A stretch of DNA of 50,298 nt from an uncultured Gammaproteobacteria bacterium (GCA_964486505.1 CAZAMC010000004.1:1-50298), one strand, 5' to 3'. Shown: positions 40,513-50,042, numbered from the stretch's first letter. Notes: generated from the sequence alone by a model not told the origin. A program made the numbers and translations.

Positions 40513-42144
40513 ATGCCACCGCCCTTCTTCCCATTGCTGCGTCGTAACCTCCCGGACATCCTCACTATTGGGGTGGCCCTGGGCGTTCTTGCATTTGCGA
40601 GTACGGTGCAGTTCTACTCTGCGAATGATCAGATTGAGAACATCTACGGCGGCATGCTCATAACGCGCGGCATTTTTCCGTACAGCGACTTCTTCAGCCA
40701 GCACCTGCCGCTGCCGCATCTCCTGAGCGCTGCGCTCGCATTCTGGAGTCACGGGGTGTTGTGGGTGTACCAGGCGCTCTTCACCACCCTCCTGGGTATC
40801 TGGGCAGGCGGGCTGTACATCTTTTTCAAGAAGCACGCGGGGGCGCTGACGGCGCGGACCTTCCTCGCGCTCATTGTTGCCGGCACGGTGCTGGTGCGGA
40901 GTAATCACTTCTTAGCCGAGACACTCATCGCGTACGCGAGCATCACCCTGCTCCTCCTTTTCCTGTACCGGTACTGCATTGCCGCCCCGCGTTTCACCGG
41001 GCTGGATGTTCTGGCGGTTTCGCTGCTCACGTTTCTCATTGCGGGCTCGTCCTTGCTGTACGCTGCTTTTGCAGCGGCGGCTGTAGTCACCTTTGGGGTG
41101 CTATACCTTCGTGCCAGTGGCCGTCGCTGGCCGGCGGTCGGGGGACTGGTGAGTGCCTTCCTCATCCCGTACGTGCTCCTCGGCCTCTTCTTGCTTGCGA
41201 CCCATGGCCTGTCGCAGTTTATCTTTGATGCCTACACGTTCAATCGTGAGTTCTACGCGCAGTTTGCGCCGTACCCCCATACGCTCTGGCAGTGGGGCGT
41301 AAATTTCCTCGTGAATTTCCCTCGCCACATTGCCGACGTCATCACCGACGGTGCGTACTTTCTGCGGCTGCCAGACCTGGCTCTCACTCTGGGGGCTGTC
41401 GGTACCATCGTGCTGTTCTGGCGGACGCGCGCATACGCAAAGGCCGCGCTCATCGCGGGCGCGCTTTTTCTTCTGGTGCCCCGCAATGATTTTGCCCTGG
41501 CCCTGAACACCACCACCGAGGTGTTCCATGGCGCGCCATACGCCTTTGTTGCGGCCGGTGCCGTAGCGCTGCTCACCGGTTGGCTCTGGCAGCAGTGGGG
41601 CCGGCGTGCGTGGCGTGGCACCATTGCTATGTGGCACGTTCTCATCCTCCTCGTCATCCTACTGCTCGTGACCTGGACGTGGGACGCCTTCCAGTTTTCC
41701 CGTGACTACCCCGACCGCCGCATCCGGCCAACATTCAGCGCTGTCGTGAATGAGCTGCTGACGCCGGAGGAGTACTTCTGGTCGGGACCGGCGCTGTACC
41801 CGGATGTTCTCACCACCCAGGCTCGGTTTGGTAGCCGGTACCTCCACTTCTTCCCCTGGCAAGGCGCCTGCGCGACGTGCATGCGCGAGCTCCTCGATGA
41901 CTTGCAGCGCTCGCAGCCGAAGGTGGTGATATTTGAAACGCGCGGCCTCATTTGGCAGACGCTCCGACCCGGCGACTACGTAGTGCCCCTCCTTGGATAT
42001 TTGCACGATCAGTACTACCAGCTACCCGGCCGTTACAACCCCTACGGCTACTTCTACTTCCGCCGCGACGTTGACGCCGCGCAGGCCGCTCGCGCAATGG
42101 AAGAAGCCGCGGCGCAGCTGCCTGCCGACACCATTTTTGACTAG
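40513..42144 (+). CDS. GT-C-like polytopic membrane protein with a C-terminal soluble domain
   Basis: 543 aa. First loop SANDQIENIYGGMLITRGIFPYSDFFSQHLPLPHLL. It has about 11-13 hydrophobic segments and then a ~150-aa soluble tail. Confidence 0.65.
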   Translation: MPPPFFPLLRRNLPDILTIGVALGVLAFASTVQFYSANDQIENIYGGMLITRGIFPYSDFFSQHLPLPHLLSAALAFWSHGVLWVYQALFTTLLGIWAGGLYIFFKKHAGALTARTFLALIVAGTVLVRSNHFLAETLIAYASITLLLLFLYRYCIAAPRFTGLDVLAVSLLTFLIAGSSLLYAAFAAAAVVTFGVLYLRASGRRWPAVGGLVSAFLIPYVLLGLFLLATHGLSQFIFDAYTFNREFYAQFAPYPHTLWQWGVNFLVNFPRHIADVITDGAYFLRLPDLALTLGAVGTIVLFWRTRAYAKAALIAGALFLLVPRNDFALALNTTTEVFHGAPYAFVAAGAVALLTGWLWQQWGRRAWRGTIAMWHVLILLVILLLVTWTWDAFQFSRDYPDRRIRPTFSAVVNELLTPEEYFWSGPALYPDVLTTQARFGSRYLHFFPWQGACATCMRELLDDLQRSQPKVVIFETRGLIWQTLRPGDYVVPLLGYLHDQYYQLPGRYNPYGYFYFRRDVDAAQAARAMEEAAAQLPADTIFD

Positions 42145-42176
42145 ATATTTTCCACCTGCACAGGTAGTATACGGGT

Positions 42177-42959
42177 ATGTGGAATCTCCAAGATGTTCGG
42201 AAAAAGCACCGGATTGTTGCTGTGCTCCCTGCGTACGAAGCTGAGCACACCTTGGCGCGCACGCTCAACGACATCCCCAGTGACTGGGTCGATGAAATTA
42301 TTCTCGTCGATGACGCTAGCCCGGATGGGACCGTTGTGGAAGCGCGGCGCCTGGGCCTTACGCCCATTGTCCACGAACACAACACGGGGTACGGCGGGAA
42401 CCAGAAGACCTGCTACGCCGAAGCCCTCCGCCGGGGGGCAGACGTGGTCATCATGATCCACCCCGACCACCAGTACGACCCCGTCTTGGTGCCGGAGATG
42501 GTGTTGCCAATCCTGCGCGGCGAAGCCGATGTGGTGTTTGGTTCCCGGATGCTCTGGCGCGGCGGCGCCCGGCGCGGTGGGATGCCGTGGTGGAAGCGCA
42601 TTGCGAACGTTGGCCTGACCGCCCTTGAGAACGCCGTCCTCGGCTTGCACTTGAGTGAGTACCACTCGGGCTTTCGAGCGTACAGTCGCAAGGTGCTCGA
42701 GACGCTCCCATTCCAGCAGAACAGTAACAACTTCGTCTTCGATACGGAGTTCATCATCCAGCTCAAAGTGCACGGCTTCCGCATTCGGGAGATTCCTATT
42801 CCCACGCGGTACTTCAAGGACGCGCACACGGTTGGGTTCCGGGCCGGCGTGCGGTATGGACTGGGCATCCTCCGCGCGCTCAGCGAGTACCTCGTCGGCC
42901 GCTCCGGACGTTTTGCGAGCAAGAAATTCCGCCGACTCCCGACTCCCAGCGACGTATGA
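42177..42959 (+). CDS. GT2 polyprenyl-phosphate sugar synthase (DPM1/GtrB/ArnC-like)
   Basis: 260 aa. It has VAVLPAYEAEHTLARTL, ILVDDASPDGT and a DxD-like region IMIHPDHQYD. TAGTAT lies 6 nt upstream of the ATG. Confidence 0.88.
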   Translation: MWNLQDVRKKHRIVAVLPAYEAEHTLARTLNDIPSDWVDEIILVDDASPDGTVVEARRLGLTPIVHEHNTGYGGNQKTCYAEALRRGADVVIMIHPDHQYDPVLVPEMVLPILRGEADVVFGSRMLWRGGARRGGMPWWKRIANVGLTALENAVLGLHLSEYHSGFRAYSRKVLETLPFQQNSNNFVFDTEFIIQLKVHGFRIREIPIPTRYFKDAHTVGFRAGVRYGLGILRALSEYLVGRSGRFASKKFRRLPTPSDV

Positions 42960-44509
42960 CGAAACTGCAGCGCTGGGCATTCGTGAGCGTGGTTGTTCTC
43001 GCCGCGCTACTTCGCTTTGTAGCGCTTGAGCGCGTACCGTACGGCGTGAATCAGGATGAAGCGAGCCGCGCGTACGACGCTTATAGCCTCCTCGAAACTG
43101 GCCATGACCAGCATGGCAATCCCTGGCCGCTCACGCTGGAGTCGTTCAGTCGTTTTCGCGACAATGCCTCAGCTATTGCCGTGTACGCGGCCATCCCGAC
43201 GACCGCCGTGCTTGGTCCCGGTGTCCTGGCGGTGCGCATTCCCTCGGCCGTTGCGGGCGTGCTGGCCGTGCTCGCTGTTGGGTACGTCGGCTTCGCGCTC
43301 AGTCGTCGGTGGGAAGTTGGAATTTTGGCTTCGTTCCTCTTGGCTGTCTCACCCTGGCACCTGACGCTGAGCCGAACGGGACACGAGGCGATTTGGGCCT
43401 CGACGTTGTTCATCCTGGGCCTGGCCGCGCTGTTGCATGGCCTTCGCCGCCCGCCGTTCATTCTCCTCGCGGCCACAGCCTGGGCGGCGGCGCTCTACGG
43501 CTACCCCATAGCCAAGCTCTTCGTACCGCTCGCGGGCCTGACCTTCGCCATCGTGTACTGGCCCCAGCTTCGTCCCCACTGGCGGTGGGTCACTGGTGGA
43601 GCTCTGCTAGGCCTCATCCTGCTGCTACCCGCGCTCGCCCACCAAGGTACGCTGCCGGATGCGGGCCGCTTGGATGAAATTCTCATTTTCACTGGCGACA
43701 AACCCGCCTGGCTGCCGGTTTTTGCTCTCAACCTCTTGCGCTACATTGATCCGTCCGGCTGGCTGCAAGCTGACCTTACCGCCGGCCCCCTCGATTGGCT
43801 CGCGGCGCTCTTCGGCATTGTACTTTTCTGGTTGCTGGGCAGGTCGCCGGTCTCCCGTCGGGTACGTGTGCTGGGGTTGCTGTGCGTGTTCCTGAGCATT
43901 CTCCCTGCCGCAGTGACGGACTCTAACCCCAGCCAAATTCGCGCCAGCTACTTAGTCCTCTGGGTAGCCATCTTTGGCGGCTGGGGTTTGTGGATGGCGT
44001 ACGAACAGCTGGCGAAGAGTCTACAGGCGCGTAAGTTTTTGCAGGTGGGGGCGCTGGTCATCTTGTCTATCGGGGCAGGGCTGGGAATTTTTTGGATCGC
44101 TCGTCCGGCGTATGCGCTGCGGCAAGGGTATGCGCGGTCGTACATGCCGTACACGCCCATGGCCAAAGACATTGTGCACTTGCTAGAAACGAAGTACGCA
44201 AACGTGCCGAACGTGTACGTGGTGAGTGATAACTTGAATCAGATTCAGGTGTTCTTCCAGACGCTACGACCCTGGCCCCCGCAAGCCTTGGGTGACGACA
44301 TTCACATCAGTCTGCAGAGTGACTTCTGGTATTACACCGACAAGCTGGGGCGCTACTCATTCTGCAAGCTTCGCTCCTGCCCCGTCGCCGGCGAATCGGG
44401 CATCTACGTGCAACTCGCTACCCAGCCAGCACTCGGCAAAAACACGCTTGATCGGCTCGTCTTGCCAAAGCCAGTGGCGAACTACGCCTGGTACGTAACC
44501 CATGACTGA
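42956..44509 (+). CDS. ArnT/PMT_2-like GT-C membrane glycosyltransferase
   Basis: ATGA overlap with the GT2 gene. 517 aa. The first loop is VNQDEASRAYDAYSLLETGHDQHGNPWPL. Confidence 0.78.
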   Translation: MTKLQRWAFVSVVVLAALLRFVALERVPYGVNQDEASRAYDAYSLLETGHDQHGNPWPLTLESFSRFRDNASAIAVYAAIPTTAVLGPGVLAVRIPSAVAGVLAVLAVGYVGFALSRRWEVGILASFLLAVSPWHLTLSRTGHEAIWASTLFILGLAALLHGLRRPPFILLAATAWAAALYGYPIAKLFVPLAGLTFAIVYWPQLRPHWRWVTGGALLGLILLLPALAHQGTLPDAGRLDEILIFTGDKPAWLPVFALNLLRYIDPSGWLQADLTAGPLDWLAALFGIVLFWLLGRSPVSRRVRVLGLLCVFLSILPAAVTDSNPSQIRASYLVLWVAIFGGWGLWMAYEQLAKSLQARKFLQVGALVILSIGAGLGIFWIARPAYALRQGYARSYMPYTPMAKDIVHLLETKYANVPNVYVVSDNLNQIQVFFQTLRPWPPQALGDDIHISLQSDFWYYTDKLGRYSFCKLRSCPVAGESGIYVQLATQPALGKNTLDRLVLPKPVANYAWYVTHD

Positions 44510-45785
44510 CCAACTCGCCAATACGCGTACCTACCGTTGGATGCTGGGCACAATTATTGGTGCCGCGGCACTCCTACGTTTTGCCATGGCACCCAACCTG
44601 GCTTTGGAATCACGGGACGACTCACTCCTGTTTCAGCTCTGGGGGTACAGCGTTGTGGAGCACGGCATCTTGAACGTCTACAGCGCGGAAGTTAACCACC
44701 CGTGGTTTCGAGAAGTGCCGCTGCCCAACTACTTGCCGCCCTACCTTTACGTCGTGGGCGGCCTCGACGAACTTCGGCGCTGGGTAGACCCAACGGGCAA
44801 TGTCGGTACCCCCACGGCCTCGTTCATCTTGAAGTCTATACCGATACTCTTCGAGCTCGGTACCATTCTGCTGCTGGCCACCATTCTCCGCCGCCGATCA
44901 AACAATCGCCTGGCCCTCATCGGCGCCGGCGCCTACGCCTTTCACCCGGCCCTCACCTTCATCACGGCGGGCTGGGGGCAGGTGGATGCCGTCTACACTT
45001 TTGGGCTCGTGCTGTGCGTGTGGCTGCTCGAGCGGCAGAAGTACGCGAGCGCGGCGGCGGTGTGCACCGCCGCGTTCTTGGTGAAGATGCAAACCATTCT
45101 CCTCATTCCGCTCCTCCTCTACGAGATTGCCCGAACGCAACGGGGGAAAATAATGCTGCGGGCGGTGCTTGCGAGTTTCGGCACGGCGGCGGTGCTCTTG
45201 GCGCCGTTCCTCATTGCCGGGAAGGGGATTGAGGTGCTCAAGGTCATTGCGGGGGTTGCGGGTTCGTTCCCGCACCCGTCCGCGAATGCGCACAACCTCT
45301 GGTGGCTGTTCTCGGGTGGGCATTGGCAACTGCACTCCGACACCATGTCCGTACTCGGCGTGCCCATGTACGCGCTGGCAACGGTGCTGTACTTTGCGGC
45401 CGTAGGGTTTGCCCTGTGGTTTCGCCACCGCGTGCGCACGGCCGACGGCCTCTGGCTCACGGCCGCCTTCCTCGCCTTTGCGTTCTTCATGCTGCCCACA
45501 GAGATGCACGAGCGCTACCTCTTCCCATTCTTCGCCCTCTTGCTCCCGGCGTGTGCAGCGTACGTCATGGCTCGGCGCCTCTACGTTGCCGTGGCCTTTA
45601 CCTTCACCTGGAATATCCTCATCGCTTTCTTGGTCATTTCCCACGATGCGGGTTTTGACCGGTTCGAGGATTACTTGGGCAACTACTGGGGCGGTTCGCT
45701 CATCGTCGCCAGTCTCAACGTCTTGCTGTTCCTGGGCGCCGTGGTATGGTATGCCCGTCTCGCCCGCCAACCGAAGCTCGCATGA
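44502..45785 (+). CDS. GT87/DUF2029-like GT-C membrane glycosyltransferase
   Basis: 427 aa. It has ESRDDSLLFQLWGYSVVEHGILNVY...PLPNYLPPYLYVVG. It overlaps the upstream gene by 8 nt. Confidence 0.68.
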   Translation: MTDQLANTRTYRWMLGTIIGAAALLRFAMAPNLALESRDDSLLFQLWGYSVVEHGILNVYSAEVNHPWFREVPLPNYLPPYLYVVGGLDELRRWVDPTGNVGTPTASFILKSIPILFELGTILLLATILRRRSNNRLALIGAGAYAFHPALTFITAGWGQVDAVYTFGLVLCVWLLERQKYASAAAVCTAAFLVKMQTILLIPLLLYEIARTQRGKIMLRAVLASFGTAAVLLAPFLIAGKGIEVLKVIAGVAGSFPHPSANAHNLWWLFSGGHWQLHSDTMSVLGVPMYALATVLYFAAVGFALWFRHRVRTADGLWLTAAFLAFAFFMLPTEMHERYLFPFFALLLPACAAYVMARRLYVAVAFTFTWNILIAFLVISHDAGFDRFEDYLGNYWGGSLIVASLNVLLFLGAVVWYARLARQPKLA

Positions 45786-46513
45786 CGAAGCTTGCCCTCC
45801 TCCTCCCGGCGTACAACGAAGCCACCGTGCTCCCCTGGAGCATCCGGACGTTGTCGGCGTACGCGCAGCAGCACTTGGCCGACTACGACTGGCGGATTGT
45901 GGTGGTGGATAACGGTTCAACGGACAATACCCCCGCGGTTATCGCGGATGTGCAGAAGTCTACGGCCCACCTGGAGCTTCTGCGCATCGCACAGAAGGGC
46001 CGGGGGCGGGCGTTGAAAACAGCGTGGCGCGAGCTCGACTACGACGTGAGTTTGTACATGGACGTAGACCTCGCCGTGGCCTTGGAGGCCGTAAAGCCTG
46101 TGGTTGATGCCGTGGCCCGCCAGGGCGCAGACATTGCCGTGGGTTCTCGGTACGCGCCGGGGGCAAAAGTGGAGCGCTCGTTGAGCCGGAGCATTACGTC
46201 GGTGGGGTACAACGTGCTCACGAAAGCTATTGTTGGCATGCACACCCGAGATGCGCAGTGTGGGTTTAAAGCGATCCGGAAAGATGTTGCCACTCAGTTG
46301 TTGCCCGACGTGCGGGACAACGTGTGGTTCTTCGATACCGAGCTACTCATTCGGGCCGAGCGGCGCCGGCTGCGCATCGCGGAGGTGCCCGTGTCGTGGG
46401 TAGAAACCCGGCCCGCGCTCCGGAAGAGCAAAGTTAAAGTGCTGCGCACGATTGCCGACTACATTGTCCAGCTCTTACGGCTGCGCTGGGGGATTCTCCG
46501 CGGTCGGGTATGA
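45782..46513 (+). CDS. GT2 polyprenyl-phosphate sugar synthase (DPM1/GtrB-like), divergent from 42177..42959
   Basis: The ATG at 45782 (ATGA overlap) within the listed 45746..46513 ORF gives 243 aa. It has LALLLPAYNEATVL, VVVDNGSTDNT and MDVDLA. Confidence 0.88.
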   Translation: MTKLALLLPAYNEATVLPWSIRTLSAYAQQHLADYDWRIVVVDNGSTDNTPAVIADVQKSTAHLELLRIAQKGRGRALKTAWRELDYDVSLYMDVDLAVALEAVKPVVDAVARQGADIAVGSRYAPGAKVERSLSRSITSVGYNVLTKAIVGMHTRDAQCGFKAIRKDVATQLLPDVRDNVWFFDTELLIRAERRRLRIAEVPVSWVETRPALRKSKVKVLRTIADYIVQLLRLRWGILRGRV

Positions 46514-48138
46514 CGCTTGAACCCCGCGAGAAGCGGTTCCTCGCCTGGCTTGCGGTGGCGGTCGTGCTCATCACTAGCGCGCCCTACGTTTTTGGGTGGC
46601 GCGCCACGCCGACTGACCGGACGTACACCGGCATCCACCGGTTAACGCCGGGAGATGTAGCGGTGTACTACTCATTCATCGAGCAGGGCCGGCAGGGCAA
46701 AGTAGTCAGCCGCAACCTCTACTCGTCTGAGGCGCAGCCCGTGCCGGCAGTCTTTACCCCCCAGTGGTACGTCGTGGGTCAGTTTGCAAACCTCTTCCAC
46801 CTGCCCACCGTGCTCGCGTACCAGCTCACGCGGGTTGGCTTCGCTGTCCTCTTCTTGATTTTGGCGTACCGGTTCCTGGCCGGCATCATTGCCCACCCCC
46901 GCGCGAGGATGATTGCCATGTCGATAGCAACGTTTGCCACCGGCTTTGGCGCGCTCGTGCCCATCCGCGACATGGCCGCCGCCGTCCAGCGCATTGCCAT
47001 TCCCGTTGACCTTTGGGTGCCGGAATCGTTCCCGTTCATCTCGCTGTACCACAACCCACTCTTCCTCATGGGCTTGTGTGCGCTCTTGGGCGTCCTGCTC
47101 CTCACCGAACGGGCAATCGAGCTTGGCGACCGTTCGGCGGCCTGGTTGGCGAGCGGCTTGGCGCTGATCTTGGCCCTCATCCACCCGTACGACGTCTTCT
47201 TGCTCGCGGGTATTTTGGCGGCGGCCTGGATTGTGCGGGCCTCTGCTGATCGTTCGTGGCCAACCGCGGGCGCCGCTGTGTACCTGCGCACGGTGGTGCT
47301 TGTTTTGGGACCGGCGATTGTGGCGTTGGGCCTGTCCCGGCTCGTCTTTGCATTGCAGCCGGGCCTCATGGGCTGGGCGGCGCAGAACATCACCCGTTCA
47401 CCGGCGATTGTTTGGTACCTGCCTGCGTATCTCATTCCCCTCATCGTGGCGGCGCTCGGCGTTCGCGCTGCCGCCCACCTTCGCACGACGCGAAGTTTTC
47501 TGGTGCTCGGCTGGGCTATTGCCGTCCCACTCCTGTTGTACTTGCCGTACTTTCCGTACCAGCGCCGGATGATGGAGGGGTGGTTCCTAGCCCTCGTCAT
47601 TCTCGGCACGCTCGGGGTCCTGGCCGTGTGGGCGCGCCTGCGGCCCCACCTCCCGACGCTCGCGCAAACGGCCATCGTCAGCGTCGCGCTCACGTTGGGA
47701 ATTCTGCTCACCGGTATTACCAGCCTCACGCACTTGGCGAAAGACGCATTCTACGCGTCGTATGGGCGCGAGCCGGTTTCAATTCCTCGCGGGCTGACGG
47801 CGGCATTTACCTGGATTCGTGACCACACCGATGACCAGGCCGTCATTCTGGCGCGACCCTACGACGGTAACCTGCTGCCCGGCTGGGCCGGCCGGACGGT
47901 GTACTACGGGCACAGCGACCTCAGCGCCGAGAGCAGCCGGAAAGAGCGCGAACTTGAGCAGCTCTTTCGAGAAGGCACCTTTGCCGCGCAAGACTTTTTT
48001 GCGCGCGAAGGCATTACCCACCTGCTGGTACGGCAAGACGATGTGGAAGCGCGCCATGCGCTGAGCACATTTGCGATGCCCGTTGTCGCGGTGTACGAGA
48101 ACGCCGATGCGACCGTGTACCGGGTGACGGGCTCTTAA
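46510..48138 (+). CDS. GT-C-like polytopic membrane protein with a C-terminal soluble domain
   Basis: ATGA overlap with the GT2 gene. 542 aa. First loop LTPGDVAVYYSFIEQGRQG. The post-TM segment is WIRDHTDDQAVILARPYDGNLLPGWAGRTVYYGH. Confidence 0.65.
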   Translation: MTLEPREKRFLAWLAVAVVLITSAPYVFGWRATPTDRTYTGIHRLTPGDVAVYYSFIEQGRQGKVVSRNLYSSEAQPVPAVFTPQWYVVGQFANLFHLPTVLAYQLTRVGFAVLFLILAYRFLAGIIAHPRARMIAMSIATFATGFGALVPIRDMAAAVQRIAIPVDLWVPESFPFISLYHNPLFLMGLCALLGVLLLTERAIELGDRSAAWLASGLALILALIHPYDVFLLAGILAAAWIVRASADRSWPTAGAAVYLRTVVLVLGPAIVALGLSRLVFALQPGLMGWAAQNITRSPAIVWYLPAYLIPLIVAALGVRAAAHLRTTRSFLVLGWAIAVPLLLYLPYFPYQRRMMEGWFLALVILGTLGVLAVWARLRPHLPTLAQTAIVSVALTLGILLTGITSLTHLAKDAFYASYGREPVSIPRGLTAAFTWIRDHTDDQAVILARPYDGNLLPGWAGRTVYYGHSDLSAESSRKERELEQLFREGTFAAQDFFAREGITHLLVRQDDVEARHALSTFAMPVVAVYENADATVYRVTGS

Positions 48139-50042
48139 CGCTGGAGCGTGAACGCAATGGGCGTGCCCACCCGCTGGGCGTCCTTGTCAATTACCGGCAC
48201 CGCTGAGCGCCAACCATTGAGCGCCAAGTAGCCTTTGGGCACGAGGGCTTGCACCGTGCCGTGTGTGGCTTCGGACGGGATAGCGAGCGTGAAGACGGTT
48301 GTTACTGCTTCGTCTGCAACCCACGAGGTACTCGGCCATAGTCCGTAGCCGAGCGGCAAGAGTCGCGTCTCCACGGTTCGTCCACGCTCATCTTGCCAGG
48401 TGAGCTGTGCCTGCACGTTGCTGAGCGTCGGGTTACCGACTTGGCCTTCGAGCGTTACTGTGGCGAAACCATCCGGTGCCACCATCAGCGAGGAATTTGG
48501 GGTAGCGAGAGAAAATTCCACCCCGCGTAATTCGTCGCGCGTTTTCCGGGTAACCAGCGCCGGGAGAAGATCAAGGCCGGACTTCCGGAACACGAGCAGA
48601 GTATCGTGGACCTCGGTAAGCCGAAGGTCGCGGGCCGCCAGGAAGTCGCGGAAGCGCTGCGCGCCACTCGCGTACTCGGCCTTGCGACTCTCCTTCTCTT
48701 CATACTGCAGCTGGTACGTGGCAAAGTCCTGAGCATCCAGCACCGCAAGCTCCAGATTCGTCGGCACGGGGTAGGGAAGGTCGCTGAATTGCCGCTTCCC
48801 TAAGAAGGCGTAGTGACTGGCGTACACTTGGTCGCGGGCCGCCCAGTCGGTGAGCGTGCTGTAGCCCGCGAGTACCGGTTCGGCTTTCGGCGTTGCCTGG
48901 GCTAGCGTGTGACTTACTTGCGCGCGTTCACGGTCCGCAGGCGATACTGCTGACCACGCACGCACGGCCGAGACCGTTGGCCCAAACGTGAGCGTGCTGT
49001 AGGCGCTCACCGCAATGAGCGTGAGTGTCGCCAGCGGCTTTGCATGCTGGCCCAGCCGGGCAATCCAGTGCGGCGGGCGCTGCGTCAGCCGTTGCCACCC
49101 GAGCACACTTCCGCACAAGAGCCCCGGCAGGAAGAATACCGCGTAGTGCGTTTGTAAGATGAGGTCGCCCGAGCCAAAGCCCGCCAGTCCCACGCCGAGG
49201 AGCGGGAGAACAATGAGCGCGAGCCATCGCCAGGCCAGCAGGGGTAAGCCCAGGACGGGCAGGAGCAACGCAATGCCCACCAAAAGATTTGCTGGTTGGA
49301 ATGCCGCGAGCATACCCGAACCAGCGTTGCTGACGTTCTGGCCAGCGGGCTGAAGGAAGGAGAGGAACTTGTACCCCTCACCATTTATTGATCCGGCGAA
49401 CATGCCCGCGCCAATGAACCAGGCGATGGCGGCGAGCCCCGGCCACAGCCACCAGCGTAGCGGCCGGCGCTCGAGGAGGGCGAGGACAGCAAAGGCGGCT
49501 ACGAGAAGGGCCAGGTCTTCGCGGGTGATGAGCAGCAGCACGCTCCATATCCAAAACGTGTTCAGGCGTTTGTCGGCGTACGCCGTGGCAGCCAGAAACG
49601 CAAAAGGCAGACCCAAGAGCACCGCGTGGAACTCAAACGTGAGCGCATTGAGGGTGAATGGATTCAGCAAGAAGAGCGCGCTAAAGCCGAAGGCGGCCGG
49701 GATGGGGAGGACGCGGCGAGCGAAACGGAAGAGCGCGAACGCGGCGAGAACCACGGCAATGCACTGCGCGGTGATGAGCGTGAGGGCGGTTGGGAAAACC
49801 CGGAAGGGCACGGCGAGGGTCGCGAAGAGCAGCTCCACGTGATCACCAAGGTAGAGGTGGGGGTGGATGGTGAAACCGAAGAGCTGGCCATGACCTGAGA
49901 GCCAGGCTACCTGGGAGTAGATGCCCACGTCGAGGGCGTTCATGGCGCCGGCGTGCAGTTTAGCACTTGCTAGGGTCAGTACCCAAGCAGTAACCAAGGT
50001 ACCGATAGCGCCAAGCGCGAGGAGCGCGGATCGTCGTTGCAT
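48135..50042 (-). CDS. DUF2079-like polytopic membrane protein with a large C-terminal extracytoplasmic domain
   Basis: 635 aa. The N-terminal ALDVGIYSQVAW...LGDHVELL resembles the DUF2079 signature (FDLGIFDQ...HFSP). Its stop codon overlaps the stop of the convergent gene at the palindrome TTAA (48135-48138). Confidence 0.7.
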   Translation of the reverse strand: MQRRSALLALGAIGTLVTAWVLTLASAKLHAGAMNALDVGIYSQVAWLSGHGQLFGFTIHPHLYLGDHVELLFATLAVPFRVFPTALTLITAQCIAVVLAAFALFRFARRVLPIPAAFGFSALFLLNPFTLNALTFEFHAVLLGLPFAFLAATAYADKRLNTFWIWSVLLLITREDLALLVAAFAVLALLERRPLRWWLWPGLAAIAWFIGAGMFAGSINGEGYKFLSFLQPAGQNVSNAGSGMLAAFQPANLLVGIALLLPVLGLPLLAWRWLALIVLPLLGVGLAGFGSGDLILQTHYAVFFLPGLLCGSVLGWQRLTQRPPHWIARLGQHAKPLATLTLIAVSAYSTLTFGPTVSAVRAWSAVSPADRERAQVSHTLAQATPKAEPVLAGYSTLTDWAARDQVYASHYAFLGKRQFSDLPYPVPTNLELAVLDAQDFATYQLQYEEKESRKAEYASGAQRFRDFLAARDLRLTEVHDTLLVFRKSGLDLLPALVTRKTRDELRGVEFSLATPNSSLMVAPDGFATVTLEGQVGNPTLSNVQAQLTWQDERGRTVETRLLPLGYGLWPSTSWVADEAVTTVFTLAIPSEATHGTVQALVPKGYLALNGWRSAVPVIDKDAQRVGTPIAFTLQR

